Shown in pieces: positions 29,208 through 42,101 of a stretch of DNA of 64,000 nucleotides. The stretch's first letter is position 1. Every line of letters starts with the position of its first letter. The stretch comes from Eledone cirrhosa (lineage: Eukaryota). The notes under the pieces are model-generated. The model was not told the DNA's origin, did no database searches, and was given only the letters and a program-made list of their open reading frames with translations. The translations under genes were made by a program, and so were the position numbers. The stretch lies in the NCBI GenBank assembly GCA_964016885.1, contig OZ024750.1:8990001-9054000 (forward strand). Direction: 5' to 3'.

Positions 29208-30869
29208 ACGCGTTGGGGTGGTTAATAAGAATGTAGGACTAAGTGTTACATATACGTAGGAACGTGTTTGAAAATTCAGATAACGGCTATACTCGGTGCA
29301 AAGTGGTTGACATTACTAGACAGGATCTCAGTCTAATCACTACGATGCTGGTTTGTACTTGTAATACGAATTAGTCAATTGAGTTGTCGTTGTTATGACC
29401 TGAACAATTGACAATCTACTACTCAGAAACCTTTCAAATTAAGAAAAATGAAAACAAAACAGAAACTAATTTGCTTTGATAACAAATTTAAAGAAAACGT
29501 TGTTGAATGATATGAATACGTAATTGTTTCTACTTTTGGCACAAGGCCAACAATTATCCCAGTGTATTACTGGTACTTTATTTTATCGACCCCGTAAGGA
29601 TGAAAGGCAAAGTTAACCGCGACGGGATTTGAATTCAGAATGGCAAGAGCCGTAAATCTATGCGTCAAAGCATAGCCCCCGACCCTCTACCGATCCTCTA
29701 CCTGCTCACTCACTGCCCTAGGTGATAGGTAATGACCCAACAAGAGATTGTAAAAGAAAGAAAAAAAACCGCAAAAGTAGGAATAATAATAATAATGGTT
29801 TCTGATTTAGACACAAGGCCAGCAAATTTTTGGGGGGAGGGGAAAGTCGATTAAACGACTCCAGTGTGTGACTGGTACTTTATTTTATCGACCCCGTAAG
29901 GATGAAAGGCAAAGCTAACCTCAGGCCCTTATGAATACATAATACTTTTTAATTCATTACTAGGAAATAATCACAAAATCTGCGTAAATTTAATTTAGTA
30001 ACAATATTAACGAAAATATTGTTTACTCATGTGAATGCATAATCTTTTAAATGCATTATCGCTAACTGTGTCACGGTAGATAAATTTCTGTATTTAGTCC
30101 TATAGAAAAGGTAGCGCTGACATGTTAACAGGCATGCATCTCCTTAATTCTATATTTTTCTTTGTTCCTATATTTTACTCTTTATTTTGTATTTTAATCA
30201 TTGGTGACCATTTTAACATCAACACCGCCCTCAGTTTTATCAATTACCCCCCCCCCCCACCTTCGTTAAAGCATTGTAAGGAGGGGGGTGTATAATACAG
30301 TGATCCGACAAATGTTTCTCAAATTACACCTGTCAGAATAGTAAAGAACACCTTGGCTAATTGGCTTCTGGTTTGACTGCGTGTCTTATAGACTGGGCTT
30401 ACATCGATTCGATGATGAGTAATCCAATTGTTCAATCAATGGAACAGCCTACTAGTGATTGCAATGGTCAGAAATCAGGAGCAGTGGAAGGGGGATTAGG
30501 AGAGTATGTTGTATGGTTGATGTAGAGAGGGGCAGCGTTTGGTAGTAATGAATAGAGTGAGAGGATTGATAGAGATAGGTATTGATAGATATAGAAAGGG
30601 GGGAGAGTTTGGTAGCCATGGATAGAGTGAGAGGAAAAGAGCGAGAGAGTGTTGTATGGTAGATATAGAGAGGGGGATAGTTTGGTGGTAATTGATATAG
30701 AGCGTGGGGCTGGGAGAGAGTTCCGTGTAGTAGATATAGAGAGGGTGAAAGTTTAGGGGTGATTGGGTCAAAAACGTAAGCACACAATATTTTTTCTTCT
30801 CTGCTTTTTCTTTGCTTGTTTCCTTAAAGCTTACCATCATTCCGTTGGTATACATCTATAACGTAATTT

Positions 30870-30927
30870 ACACCTGAAGATGTCACTGGGCTCTTACGCA
30901 ACCTGGCCACTGAAATGTGCATAGTGT
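30870..30927 (+). ncRNA. Type I hammerhead ribozyme motif
   Basis: acac-CTGAAGA-(31 nt)-GAAA-tgtgca-TA-gtgt; stem III ATGTGCAT, palindromic with G-U; AATAAA just downstream. Confidence 0.6.
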
Positions 30928-31961
30928 TTGCAAAAATAAATAATTAAGGAAATTCAACATATTTGGCCTCGTTTGCCTTAAAAATGTGAGGGGGACAAAC
31001 CAACATTTGTTGATTCTTAAAGGAGCATAAATTGCTTAAGGTGCCTTTCCCGGACCCTATCACATAAGTAAAGTTTTACGCTAATTAAATTTGATATATT
31101 CAAATGAAGTTCAGATATAAAAAAATAACCTTAAAAAGAATTTATATTAAATAAACAAAAAATAAAACATAGACGTTTGAATAAATTGGGATAAAGTAGG
31201 GGGGACAAAAGATGGTTTGTCTCCCATTCATGGAAAAGTATATGTGTGTGGGGGAAGGGGTTGTCCCTTGGTACCCCCCTGAAACAAGGCCCTTGGCCAC
31301 AGTACCAGGATACGAATATTGACTTCTTTCGTTGTTGTCCAGTATTACATTTACTGGATAACTTTATCTTGTATTTCACTCATTATTCCACCATTCTGAC
31401 TAAAAGCAGCCAAACTACTCGGTTTTCTTTTCTCTGTCAATTCATTAAACCCCTTCCAAACACCACTACCACCACCAACAACAACACCAACACCAACAAC
31501 AATAATAATAATAATAATAATATCGCCGACCCAACATAATCATTCTCTTTCATTTCTTGGTTGATCTGTTCTCAAATAATTTGAGTTCACTGTCTTGGAC
31601 ACATTACAATGACAGAATTAGATTTTATGACTCGTCTGCATAGAGGCCGATTCTTTATCCATGAGATGAGCTATTAATATAGTTACAGGTCGTAGACAGA
31701 ATTAATAATTTCATTTCACTATAAATAGAGTGAAGATAAGTATTCTATAGGTTGCAGCATTTGTTTTCTGCAATGACTCCCAAGTAGCCTTACATGGTGA
31801 TTGCACATATCGCATTCATAAATCAGTTGTTCCTTTCACTCCTTCTAACTTAGAAAATACTCAACTCTAAGTTGTTGCTGGTTCTGTGTATGGCTCGAAT
31901 GAGGCAGACAATGGAATATTAGCTTATACATCGCCAGCGGTTTCCTGTTAATCGCAATATA

Positions 31962-34011
31962 ATAATAATGAAATTATTGTGTAAAGTGCTCAGGTGCACT
32001 ACAACTCGTCAATATAGTACATAGAATAATACACAAATTCCAGGGAAGTACATGTTTGTATGTGTTAGCTGTAGTGTTGGCGGATCTCGGGAAGCATGGA
32101 GGCCTTAAAGGATGCAGTGTCTCGACAGCTAACAACTGATGCAGGTAGTTTGTTCCATGCTTCAGCAACTCTGAGCGTGAAAAAATGTTTCCGAAAGTCA
32201 TGGGAACTGTGCTGTTTTCTTACTTTGTGGGCATGTCCACGTGTGTTAGACACATGGAAATCGAAAAGGCACTCAGGGTTGTTGTTGGCAACATGGTTAA
32301 CAATTTTGTGGGTGTTTACCAAGTCAGTTGCCAGGCGTCGGAGCTTCAATGAATCCATGCCCAGGGAAGCAAGGCGCTCAGAGTATGGTAGATGCCTGAT
32401 GGAGGGTATTCGCTTGGTTGCACGTCTCTGAACAGTTTCCAGGCGGTCAATGTCCTGAGCAAGATAGGGGTTCCAGACTGGTGATGCAAATTCTAAGTGT
32501 GGTCGCACCATAGCTGTATACAGCCTTAAATAGATATCTGGAGAGCGGCTGACAAAGGTCTTGCTGAGTGATGCTAAGACACCCTCGGCCCTCTTGACAA
32601 TTTTAGAGACGTGCCTCGTCCAACGCAAATCGCTGCTGACCGTAATGCCCAGGTCACGTTCACAGGAAGACTTCTTGATATTAGTGCTGTGGAGGGAGTA
32701 TGTGGACGCTGGGTTTTTACTCCCAAAATGCATGGTGGTGCACTTGTCCACAGCTAGCTTGAGTTGCCAGTCTGAGATCCACTGTTGCATTGTGTCCAGG
32801 TCAGACTGCAAGCAAGATCTATAGTGTTCAGGATCTGTCCTTTTTATCTCAAGGTACAGCTTGATGTCGTCTGCGTACTTTAGTACTGTGGCATTCCTTA
32901 AGTTGGCATCTATGTCATTAATATATGCCACAAACAAAAGGGGGCCAAGAACAGATCCCTGAGGTACACCAGATGACATCTCATATGGTGAGGAATGCTG
33001 TCCCAGAACCGTGACTACCTCTCTTCGACTGAGAATGAAGGACTTCAACCAGTTAAAAAGATCATCATTCACACCCATTGCAGAGAGTTTTGCCATAAGC
33101 CTTTTGTGTGGCACAGAATTGAAGGCCTTCGCAAAATCAAGGTAAACAACATCCACCCATGAGCCGCCATCAGTGATCCGGGTGATGTCCTCAAGAAACT
33201 CTATAAGTTGATCACAGCAGCTGGAGTTGGGGATAAATCCAAATTGCGAGGGCCGGATAAGACTGTGAGAGCTCCAGAAGTTCCAAAGTGTTTCTCTGAC
33301 ACAGGATTCCATCAGTTTGGCGATGCAACTAGTAAGACTGACTGGACGATAGTTCACAGGTGATGTGCGGTCACCCTTTTTGAACAGAGGAATGACACTG
33401 GCAGTTTTCCACTGTTCTGGAATAGCACTGTTGTTCAGACAGAATTGGAAGAAGCGTGATAACTGGTGTAGAAGGAAGTACCCACCACGTTTAAGAAGCA
33501 GGTACGTAACACCATCAAGACCAGGAGAGGCATGGTTGCGTTTATTTTTTAGGTGACGTCGCAGCATTGCAGGTGTAAATTCCATGGTTGTAATAGAGTC
33601 CGGTGTCATAGGTGGTGGAGATGGTACACTCTGGTCTTCAATGGTGAAAATGCCTGCATAGCATTCAGCAATGAGCTCTGCGCATTCCTTGGGGTCGTCA
33701 GTAACCTGGCTTGTGTGGAGATTGCGAAGAGGACCAACTGGAGAGTGAGGCCTCTGCTTTGAGTGAACATACTTCCAGAACACCTTACTGTCAGGGCTGG
33801 TTGCTATGCGCTGCTCAAATTGAAGCACTGCCTTTTTTGTCACCTGTTTGAGGTGGTTGGACGATCTATTTCGCCTCTTCCTATTAATATCTGATTTGTG
33901 AAGTTTGTACTCACGTTCAGCATTGCGCCGTTCTTTTCTGGCAAGACGGACTGCTGCAGTCTTCCAAATTGCGCTTTTAGGATGTTTTTTCCGCTTACGT
34001 GGCACCGATGC
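31962..34011 (-). mobile_element. 5'-truncated CR1-clade LINE with uninterrupted reverse transcriptase ORF (stop at 32065)
   Basis: RT motifs NYRPVSLTS, QFGF, YLDFAKAF, GVPQGSVLGPLLF, YADD; CR1-type C-terminus TRGH...FFTLRVAEAWNKLP; (TTA)n tail; candidate TSD caatata at 31955-31961 and 34012-34018; no endonuclease domain. Confidence 0.92.
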
Positions 34012-34090
34012 CAATATATATATATATTTGCTCTCCTTATCGAGTCCTCTTTGGATTTTAGTCTTCAAATTTATTATTATTACTATATAG

Positions 34091-34141
34091 GGCTTCCTGA
34101 TGCTTTCTCCCGAATGAAACAGTTCTAGTCCTGTAGAAGCC
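34091..34141 (+). ncRNA. Type I hammerhead motif, family A (A9 mutated to C)
   Basis: ggcttc-CTGATGC-tttctcccgaat-GAAA-cag-ttctagtc-ctg-TA-gaagcc; full 6-bp stem I; GUA triplet. Confidence 0.65.
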
Positions 34142-34237
34142 TTTCTATATTAAATATTTACACGATTTCATATCAAAAACCTTGCAAAACAAATTTATCA
34201 CCGTCTTTATCTATTTCATTCTTTATCTAATTGAAGA

Positions 34238-34252
34238 AGAGTTACCTCCCTT
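34238..34252 (+). promoter_or_regulatory. Recurrent AGT(T/A)AYYTCCCTT motif near a putative gene start
   Basis: agagttacctccctt; similar motifs at 53862-53876 (reverse) and 60401-60413. Confidence 0.4.
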
Positions 34253-34330
34253 CACAGCGTTTTTTTTATTAACTTTCCTTTTATCTATTTTATTTCGATT
34301 CAAGTATCACAGCATTTTGTTCCTGCAGAT

Positions 34331-34339
34331 ATGGATATA
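34331..34339 (+). CDS. NT5C3: Candidate first coding exon of NT5C3 (M-D-I)
   Basis: ATG GAT ATA followed by a consensus GTGAGT donor, phase 0. Compatible with the phase-0 exon at 46393, which lacks a start codon. Confidence 0.45.
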
Positions 34340-37311
34340 GTGAGTACATTAGTATTTAATTATAGAATTCCTTGACTGAATAATAAATATCAGTATGTTT
34401 TACTATTCAACAATGTCGATTTATAACAAAACGGATTAAATTTATATTGTCCCCTTTTCGAAATATCTAGCTGTCTGTATTTTGTTTCGATTATAGTTAA
34501 TTACACGGTTGTATTTAAAATTATTTGATGGATATTTTATATAATAGAATATAACATTCTGAAAAATCCAAATGTAAAGGGATGAACAGATGTAACATTT
34601 CAAAAAGAAATCTATTATTACAAATTTGTATATCACTTGTTCCGGTTCCACTTGACCATACAGACACAAATTCTTTTATATTTAAATTGCTATTAAATTA
34701 TAATTCTTACAATTATTTAAATATCGTATTCTGTCGTAACCTTATGCATTTAATATATTGTTAAGCGTCGTTGGCAGTAAGTCTTACAAACAGGAAATTA
34801 ATTACGGATTAGTTACCGAAAGAAGCGGCAAAAGCTTAAAACCGCAACTATTTCCATTGTACAAAACTGTTTTTAACTATAAACCTACCATTATAATTTT
34901 ATGTAAAAACCGTTATGTTCTAAACACCAGTGTATACAGGGTGTCCTAACAAAAGAGCCACACCCTTTATTGCACCACATGTTCTGATAGTGGTGAAAAA
35001 TGAACAATATTTTCTTCATTCCTTTACAGTTATAATTACTACTAACATTTTTATTTTCAAATCCCGCCGAGGTTGACTTTGCCTTTCATCCTTACGGGGT
35101 CGACAAAATAAAGTACCAGTAATTCACTGGATAGTTGCGGGCTTGTGCCTAAAGTAGAAACAATTATTATTTTCGTTGGTTTCAAATTTCTATTGCTTCT
35201 TATCCGTAGCGTCATAAAAAGCACTTGTGTCGTAAACGTCGAGTTTTCACTTTCACGTAAATTAACGGTGTAAAGATGTTTTTAAAACTAACTTTTATTC
35301 CTCAAAAATTTAAAGTCGATCTCTGAGGATCATCAGGCTGGTGCATATATTGAGTTCCACGTGGACTAGGAATACAAGACCACCACCTGCACCCCCTAGA
35401 CAAGATGCCAGTCCATTGCAAGGACTATCTATTGCTGCTGGTACTCATTTTCAACGAAGTGTGCTGGGGCAACGTGAAATGAAGTGTTTTGCTCAAGTTT
35501 ACTTTAATTAGAATATATTACACCATAATTAGAGTGTAATTAATTAAAAATATTTAATCTATATATATATAAAAGATGCTAATTGGTTGAAACACACGAA
35601 AACTACAGAGAGAGATACAATTAAAGTGTTAGATATTCAGAGAGTGTGAGAGTAACGTCCCACAAAAGTTAGAAACGGCTTAATAGATCCTTTGATCTGT
35701 AGAAAGGTTTAACAATATTGCGTTAGCTTTTATAAAGTCGTTTTAGTCCTTGATTTTACAGAACAAAGAAAAATTGGTACTATTTGAAATTAATCTACCC
35801 TCCAGCCTTTATCCGTATATTACTTACAGACCGTACTAACGAGGCAACACTTCAGAAGCAATATTATGCGGTATATTGTTGTGTTGCAGATGACGTCCTT
35901 GGAGCTGAAAAAGATCATAATGACTATGGTTATTTCACAAGATTTAAAATCCAAGGCCAATGCTACTATTTAATCGACACTTTACTCCCCCAGCCTAATA
36001 AGGAAGTTTTATGATTGTTTTGTTTATGTCGATCTCACCTCCACATACATTACGGTTTCACCTCATACGAGCGAGACAACATATCCAATGCAGTCGTTTT
36101 CCCCCGAGCGAAGCTGGGTAACTCAGTTACTTTATTATATCTATAAATGTGATAGATAATTAAAGCAGCAATACTCAAACTGAATCTAGCAGGTGGATTG
36201 ATAAAATGTTAAATCATAGTTGGGAGAATCACATATCAGTTGCTCCAGCTTGACCATTTACATTACTCTATATTTACTATTGTATTTTTGCAGTAAAGGC
36301 TTTATTTCACATAATATCAAAATCTATGAGATTTTGATATTATTTATTTTGAGAACAATACCTTAACGTTGGTATGAGTGGCCAGTTACAGCCAATTTGG
36401 ACAGAAAAGAAGTGAGAGAATTCTGGCCAGATACAGCTGGTTTAAATGCTAAAGGGTTAATGAAGACATGGAACAAAATAGTTAAGAACCACAAATATGT
36501 TTTTAGACTTACACGCACACAAAGAATGAAATGGATCAAGTCAAGAGAAATACCTTGTACTGGAAAACTGTGAAAGTATAGTTTCTGTGAAGGTAACTGG
36601 TACCACAATATATATTGTGGACAACATTTGAAATTTTCCTAAAATGAAATTGAATTCTAGGTTGGAGTTTGCAACATTCTTAAAATAAAAAATAAAAAAA
36701 CTTATTTTAAAAACTAAACTGAATGTATTTATATAGAAGGTAATAAATCAATGATTTTGGCAGAATTGTTAAAGCATTGAATATTTGTTCCAGATCTCTG
36801 CATTCTGAGTTCAAATCTGACCCGGGATTAATTTGCTTCTCATCCTTTTGGTGTTGATAACGAAGGTATCAGCTCAGTGCTAGTTGAAGTTCAAGCCCTC
36901 TCTCCTTCCAGCTGTTACATCTTGAATGTCATCCTTTCAATGTTGATAAAGAAGATATTATCCCAGTGTTGATGGAGCGCTCTCCATCTGTTATATCTTG
37001 ACTATTCCACTGAATCAAAGAAGGAAGAATCAAATGATAATCTGTGACTGTATGGGCAATTAAAACTCTTAACAAAAACATGAGACATACTATGATTCTA
37101 AACGTTGTGAGTGTCAAACAGAGGTCAACTTGTGTTGGGCTTTCTTCCGAAAGTGCAAGGATACAATACTGCAATAAAACTTTAAATTACTAAGTGATAT
37201 CAGCTGACACTTAGTGTTGAAACTAAAAACACATGTTTTGTAGTACCATACATAGAATACAGTGTGACCTAAAACACTTATATATATATTAGGTCGTCAG
37301 ACAAAGATGAT

Positions 37312-37384
37312 TACATCTGTCTGATGACCGATCCAGATGTATATTATTATTGTCTGTGATCCAGAAACCTTTGGTAATGGAGTA
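37312..37384 (+). ncRNA. Type I hammerhead motif in a family C element (37290-37478)
   Basis: tac-a-tctgt-CTGATGA-cc-gatc-cagat..gtctg-t-gatc-ca-GAAA-cctttgg-TA-atgga-gta; short inverted 5' piece ggtcgtcagaca; flanked by (TA)n. Confidence 0.7.
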
Positions 37385-37627
37385 GTTATATTTTATGTTG
37401 TTCACTTTCTAATTAAATAGTTCTGTTCTTTACATAGAGCACTCTATTTTCCTTTGCTTTTCCTTCGGAATTACCTAACACACACATATATATATATATA
37501 TATATATTAGAGAGACTGAGGAGACAACTAAACATTTGACAACTTGAAAAGGTTTGCTGATCACACAAACCAAAACTGCCTGATGCCGCGGTCGGGATTT
37601 AACAAAATAGTGGCCTTCCTTTGTATT

Positions 37628-37713
37628 AGCGCCTGAAGAAAGGTCACTATTTTGATGCCTCTTGTTTTCTGGAGGTATGGTCAAATTTGGAACTTGAAAT
37701 CCTGTGTAGTGCT
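37628..37713 (+). ncRNA. Type I hammerhead motif with long stem II, in an element at 37510-37745 between (TA)n runs
   Basis: agcgc-CTGAAGA-aag..tttgat-gcctc..gaggt..gtcaaa..ctt-GAAA-tcctgtg-TA-gtgct. Confidence 0.65.
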
Positions 37714-40134
37714 TTTGTTCTGTGTATGAACATAAATAAATAATATAATATATATATATATATATAGATGTTAGTTTTTCTTACATTATTCTACATGTCT
37801 ATATATTATTGAAACCTAATGTATTTTATTTTAAATAATTATGATATGAAATAAATGCCTGGATTTTAATGCTAAAGAAACATTCCCTTGTAAGTGAACC
37901 TATTGCTCTCTTCTGTCTGAAATTGGTGTTTATAATGTCTCATATAATAATATCATTGTTTTGTAGGACCAAATAACTAAATTAGTTAAAACAAAATAAA
38001 AGAACTAGCAATTAGTTCTAAGTTAGATGTCTAGTTGGTGTGTTTTTAATGTATGTATTGTTGTTGGTCTTTTTTAGTTAAGAACATAGGGGAAGGTCAT
38101 AGTTGATTGAAACTACACAATATATTAGTGGAAGTTTATTTTATCAACTCTGGTATGATCTAAGGTAATCTCCGATGATTTGAAATTCAAACTGCATGGG
38201 ATACTGAAATTAGAACTTACAAAGTATCGCCAGCTGTTCTATTGTTAACCACAGTCCAATGAAGAAGCCTCCACATAGTTGTTCAACCTGAGAGAATGTC
38301 TATATATATATATATATATATTTGAACATAAAACACAAAAGTAAAATAATTTTTTTGAAAATTAGTGGGAGTACAAGCCCTACACCTTCGACTGAAAAAC
38401 ATATCTCGGGCTCTTGGACGGATTTTGAGAGAAACACACAACCAAGAATGTATGTATCATTTCCCAGGGTTAGTCACACCTCTGTCAGGAAAGATAGAAT
38501 TAGACAAATTAATTAATCTTGAATCCAAGAAAGAAATGATATAAAAATACCCATATATCGGTGTTGCCCCAGCATGGCCTCAGCCTGTTTGCTCGAACAC
38601 GAAACAGAAATACTAACTTCTGATGTCATCAAAATGTGATTGTTAATAATACATACCTCACTCTTCAGTATATCATCTGTATTTTATTTTGTTTTGTTTT
38701 GTTTGTGTGTTTTCTGGTGTTCTTTATTTTTAATTGTATTATTTTTGATTGGCAGTATTGGTAGAGCATCAAACAATATGCTTTGTGGCATGGAGTTATG
38801 GCTCTTTATGTTCTGAGTTCAAATCATGCCAAAGTTAGCTTTGCCTTTCACCCTTACAAGATGGATAAAATAAAGCACCAGTAACGCACTGGGGTCGATT
38901 TAATCGACTTTCCCCTCCCCCAAAATTGTTGGCCTTGCGCCTAAATCAGAGACCATTATTTTTTATCTATGTATAGAATAAGTTTTTCCTGCAAGAATTT
39001 GCACTATTGCAACATTTACAGAAATCACGATGGAAAGGCTCATCCAATTCTCTGCTAAACAGCTGTCATAATCAGTTTAGTTATACTTAATATTTTCAGA
39101 ATTGATAATTTCATGTCACCCAAGCACTAGAAACATGTTTTCTCTTTTCAGTTTGCTACCTTTTTCTTCTTGACTGTTGAAGGTACTCTTAACAACCTAT
39201 GTCTGACTTTTGTTTTATTTCATTGTTCAAAATACACATTTTATTAACACTACAGTAATGTACATTCTTCAAAGATACCTTATGTGACCAGTGCCTACCA
39301 CAAAACTTAAGCCTTGAAAGTATTACCTTGAGGAATCTTCTACTACAGCACTGAATTGAGTTCTATCAGCATTATCTGACCTACCTTAAATAGATGTATA
39401 CCAATTGTATATATATATATACCCAGCCCACACTGTAAAGTGATCATGTAGGTGTCGCAACAAAAAGCACCCAGTACTCACTGGGTTAGTACTGGGTGTT
39501 TATCTGGAACTGGTGGAACTTCAAAGTAAACAGTTATACAGTCATTATTAATAACAATATTTACTGTAGACACAAGACCATCAATTTGTGTGGAAGAGAA
39601 GTGGATTGGATTGACCCCAGTACATGACTGATACTTTATTTTATCAATCCCAGAAGGATGTATGACAAAGTTTGTTCAAGGTTTACCTGGGAGCTAAACA
39701 ACTTGTTTCATCTTAGTTGGATCTCATTTAACTTCAGTGCAATCAGAACCAGTCATTCTCTTTCACTAATGAGACCTGCACTAGTTATTAGACCTGTATT
39801 TTCTCTGAAGACAGTCAATTGGCACTCAAGACCATCAGAGAATATATCTTTTATTTGTTCCAGCTCTTTGCACTCTGTTTAAATTCTGCCATGGTCAACA
39901 TTACTTTTCATCCATTTGAGGCAATATAACAAAGTCTTTGTCTATGATAGTGTCTTATTGCAATTGTTAGAGTAGTATCTGTTTTGTCACTTGGTGTCCT
40001 GAGTTCAAATTCCACCTTGGGATTCAAATATCACATATAACCATGGCTAATCACTCAAGCAAGAGATCACAACTGATTATGAAAGCTCTCATTTGAGTAG
40101 ACGTTTATGGCTGTCTACTACTTTATTTAAACAA

Positions 40135-40752
40135 TGTTGATGATGATGATAATGATATGATGGTGATGATAATATGATGATGATGATGATGATATATGAT
40201 GGTGATGATATGGTAATGATAATGATATATGATGGTGATGATGATGATATGGTAATGATAATGATATATGATGGTGATGATGATATGGTAATGATGATGA
40301 TGGTGATGATATGGTAATGATAATGATATATGATGGTGGTGATGATGATAATGATAGGGTGATAATTGTTTCTACGTTAGGCACAAGGCCATCAATTACC
40401 CAGTGCATTACTGGTACTTTATTTTATCGACTTCGTAAGGATAAAAGGCAAAGTCAACCTCGGCGGGATTTAAACTCGGATCGTAAAGGGATGTAACTAT
40501 GCTGGAAAGCATGGCGTCCGACCCTCTACCGATACTGCCAATCCAGGTGATAATGATGATGATGATAATAATGATACGGTGATGATGATGATATGGTGAT
40601 GATAATGATATTGATATGGTGATGGTGATGATGATGATATATGATGGTGATGATGATAATGATATTGATATGGTGATGATGGTAATGATATGATGATGAT
40701 AATAATGATATGGTGATGATAATAATGATATGGTGATGATGGTAATGATATG
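40135..40752. repeat. (GAT/GGT/AAT)n low-complexity repeat interrupted by a SINE
   Basis: Directly visible; source of the His/Ser/Ile-rich ORFs. Confidence 0.9.
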
Positions 40753-41896
40753 TTATTACAGCTCACCAGTATATAGGTTTAGCTGGCCTCTTACAAGGTT
40801 GTATCTCACAGGAGGTTTTTTCAAGTATTTTAATGATAGCAGCTCCCAGTTTTATCATAAAAAGCAATGTGATCTGAAGCATTTTGCTCAAGAACACAAC
40901 ACACCACCCAGTCCATGGATCAAACTTACAAGCTCATGATTGTGAATCCTGCACTCTAAGTACTAAGCTACACATTTTCACAATACTTACCTGCTGGCAC
41001 TAAGATTCCTCTACCTACTAATTTCCATTAGCAGTCCTCCTCCTCTTCTTGTCATAAAGTTGTTGATGTTATTGTAATTGCTGTGATTTGTGACTTTCAC
41101 TTGTAACTCTTTCTCTCCCTCTCCCTATCTATATTTATATATATATCTCGTGCAAAATACCTGCTTCTTTAGTTAGTAACCTGAGTCTACTTACAACTTC
41201 CTCTACATGTTGCAATTCTAATTTGGTTGTTTTGTTATTAGTATTAATGTTATAGAAGAATTGGTAATTTACTTTTTTTTTGTGTGTGTTTTTTGTGTTT
41301 GTATTTTATTTTATTTTAATTTTTATTTTAATTTTTATTTTATGTTTTCTACTGTTCACTTCAGTTAGTATTACCGATTGTTGGTGCCAAGTGTTTCTGT
41401 TGATTTTAGTCTTCGTGTTGCTAGTATTGTTGTCTATTTAGCAGTTTACTAGAGATGTGTTGTCACAGTCTCTATTTTGAGAATCTGTTCTTCTTGTAGG
41501 CTTCAGCAGTGATAAGAAAAGAGAAAAAGGAGGAAAGTGGCCAAATCAACAGTGTGGAATATATTCGTTGATGCAGATTAAATTCTAGTCCATTTTATTG
41601 CTTTGATAGGATTTCCATCATTTTGGGTTTCTTTCTGTAATTTTTATTTTTTTTATTTTAAATATAACTAATAATAATAGTAATAATAATTTGCCAAATA
41701 ATGCAAAGGAAGGTGAGATATTTCTTCAATTTATCCAAATGTTTTCCTTCTTATTGGTTATCTTCTCTATCTGTGTATGTTTAAAACTGCTCTGGTGTGT
41801 GTATGTGTATATATAACATTCTTAGAACACTATTTCTACAATATTAATTAATATTTCAGCATGTCATAGTTACAAAGATTTTTGTTTGTTTTTAAA

Positions 41897-42101
41897 CCCT
41901 TTAGCATTTACCATACTCTATATATACTATTGTATTTTCGCGGTGAAGGTTTTATCTCACATTATATCAAATATATGAAATTTTGATATTTATTTTGAGA
42001 ACAATACCTTGACATTAGTATGAGTGGCTAGTTATGGCCAGTTTGAACAGAAAGAAGTGAGATAATTCTGGCCGGATACAGCTGTTTTAAATGCTAATGG
42101 G
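41897..42101. mobile_element. piggyBac-like MITE (other copies ~36254-36456, 48070-48602, 57845-58140)
   Basis: TIRs ccctttagcattta / taaatgctaa(t/a)ggg; other copies end at TTAA; two copies carry nested SINEs. Confidence 0.65.

Noticed and set aside
34012-34068. N-terminus of the 667-aa RT ORF
   Set aside because: It starts at TTG in flanking DNA beyond the LINE 5' truncation, so it is not part of the element.
40127-40766. His/Ser-rich ORFs
   Set aside because: Translation of the (GAT)n low-complexity repeat.
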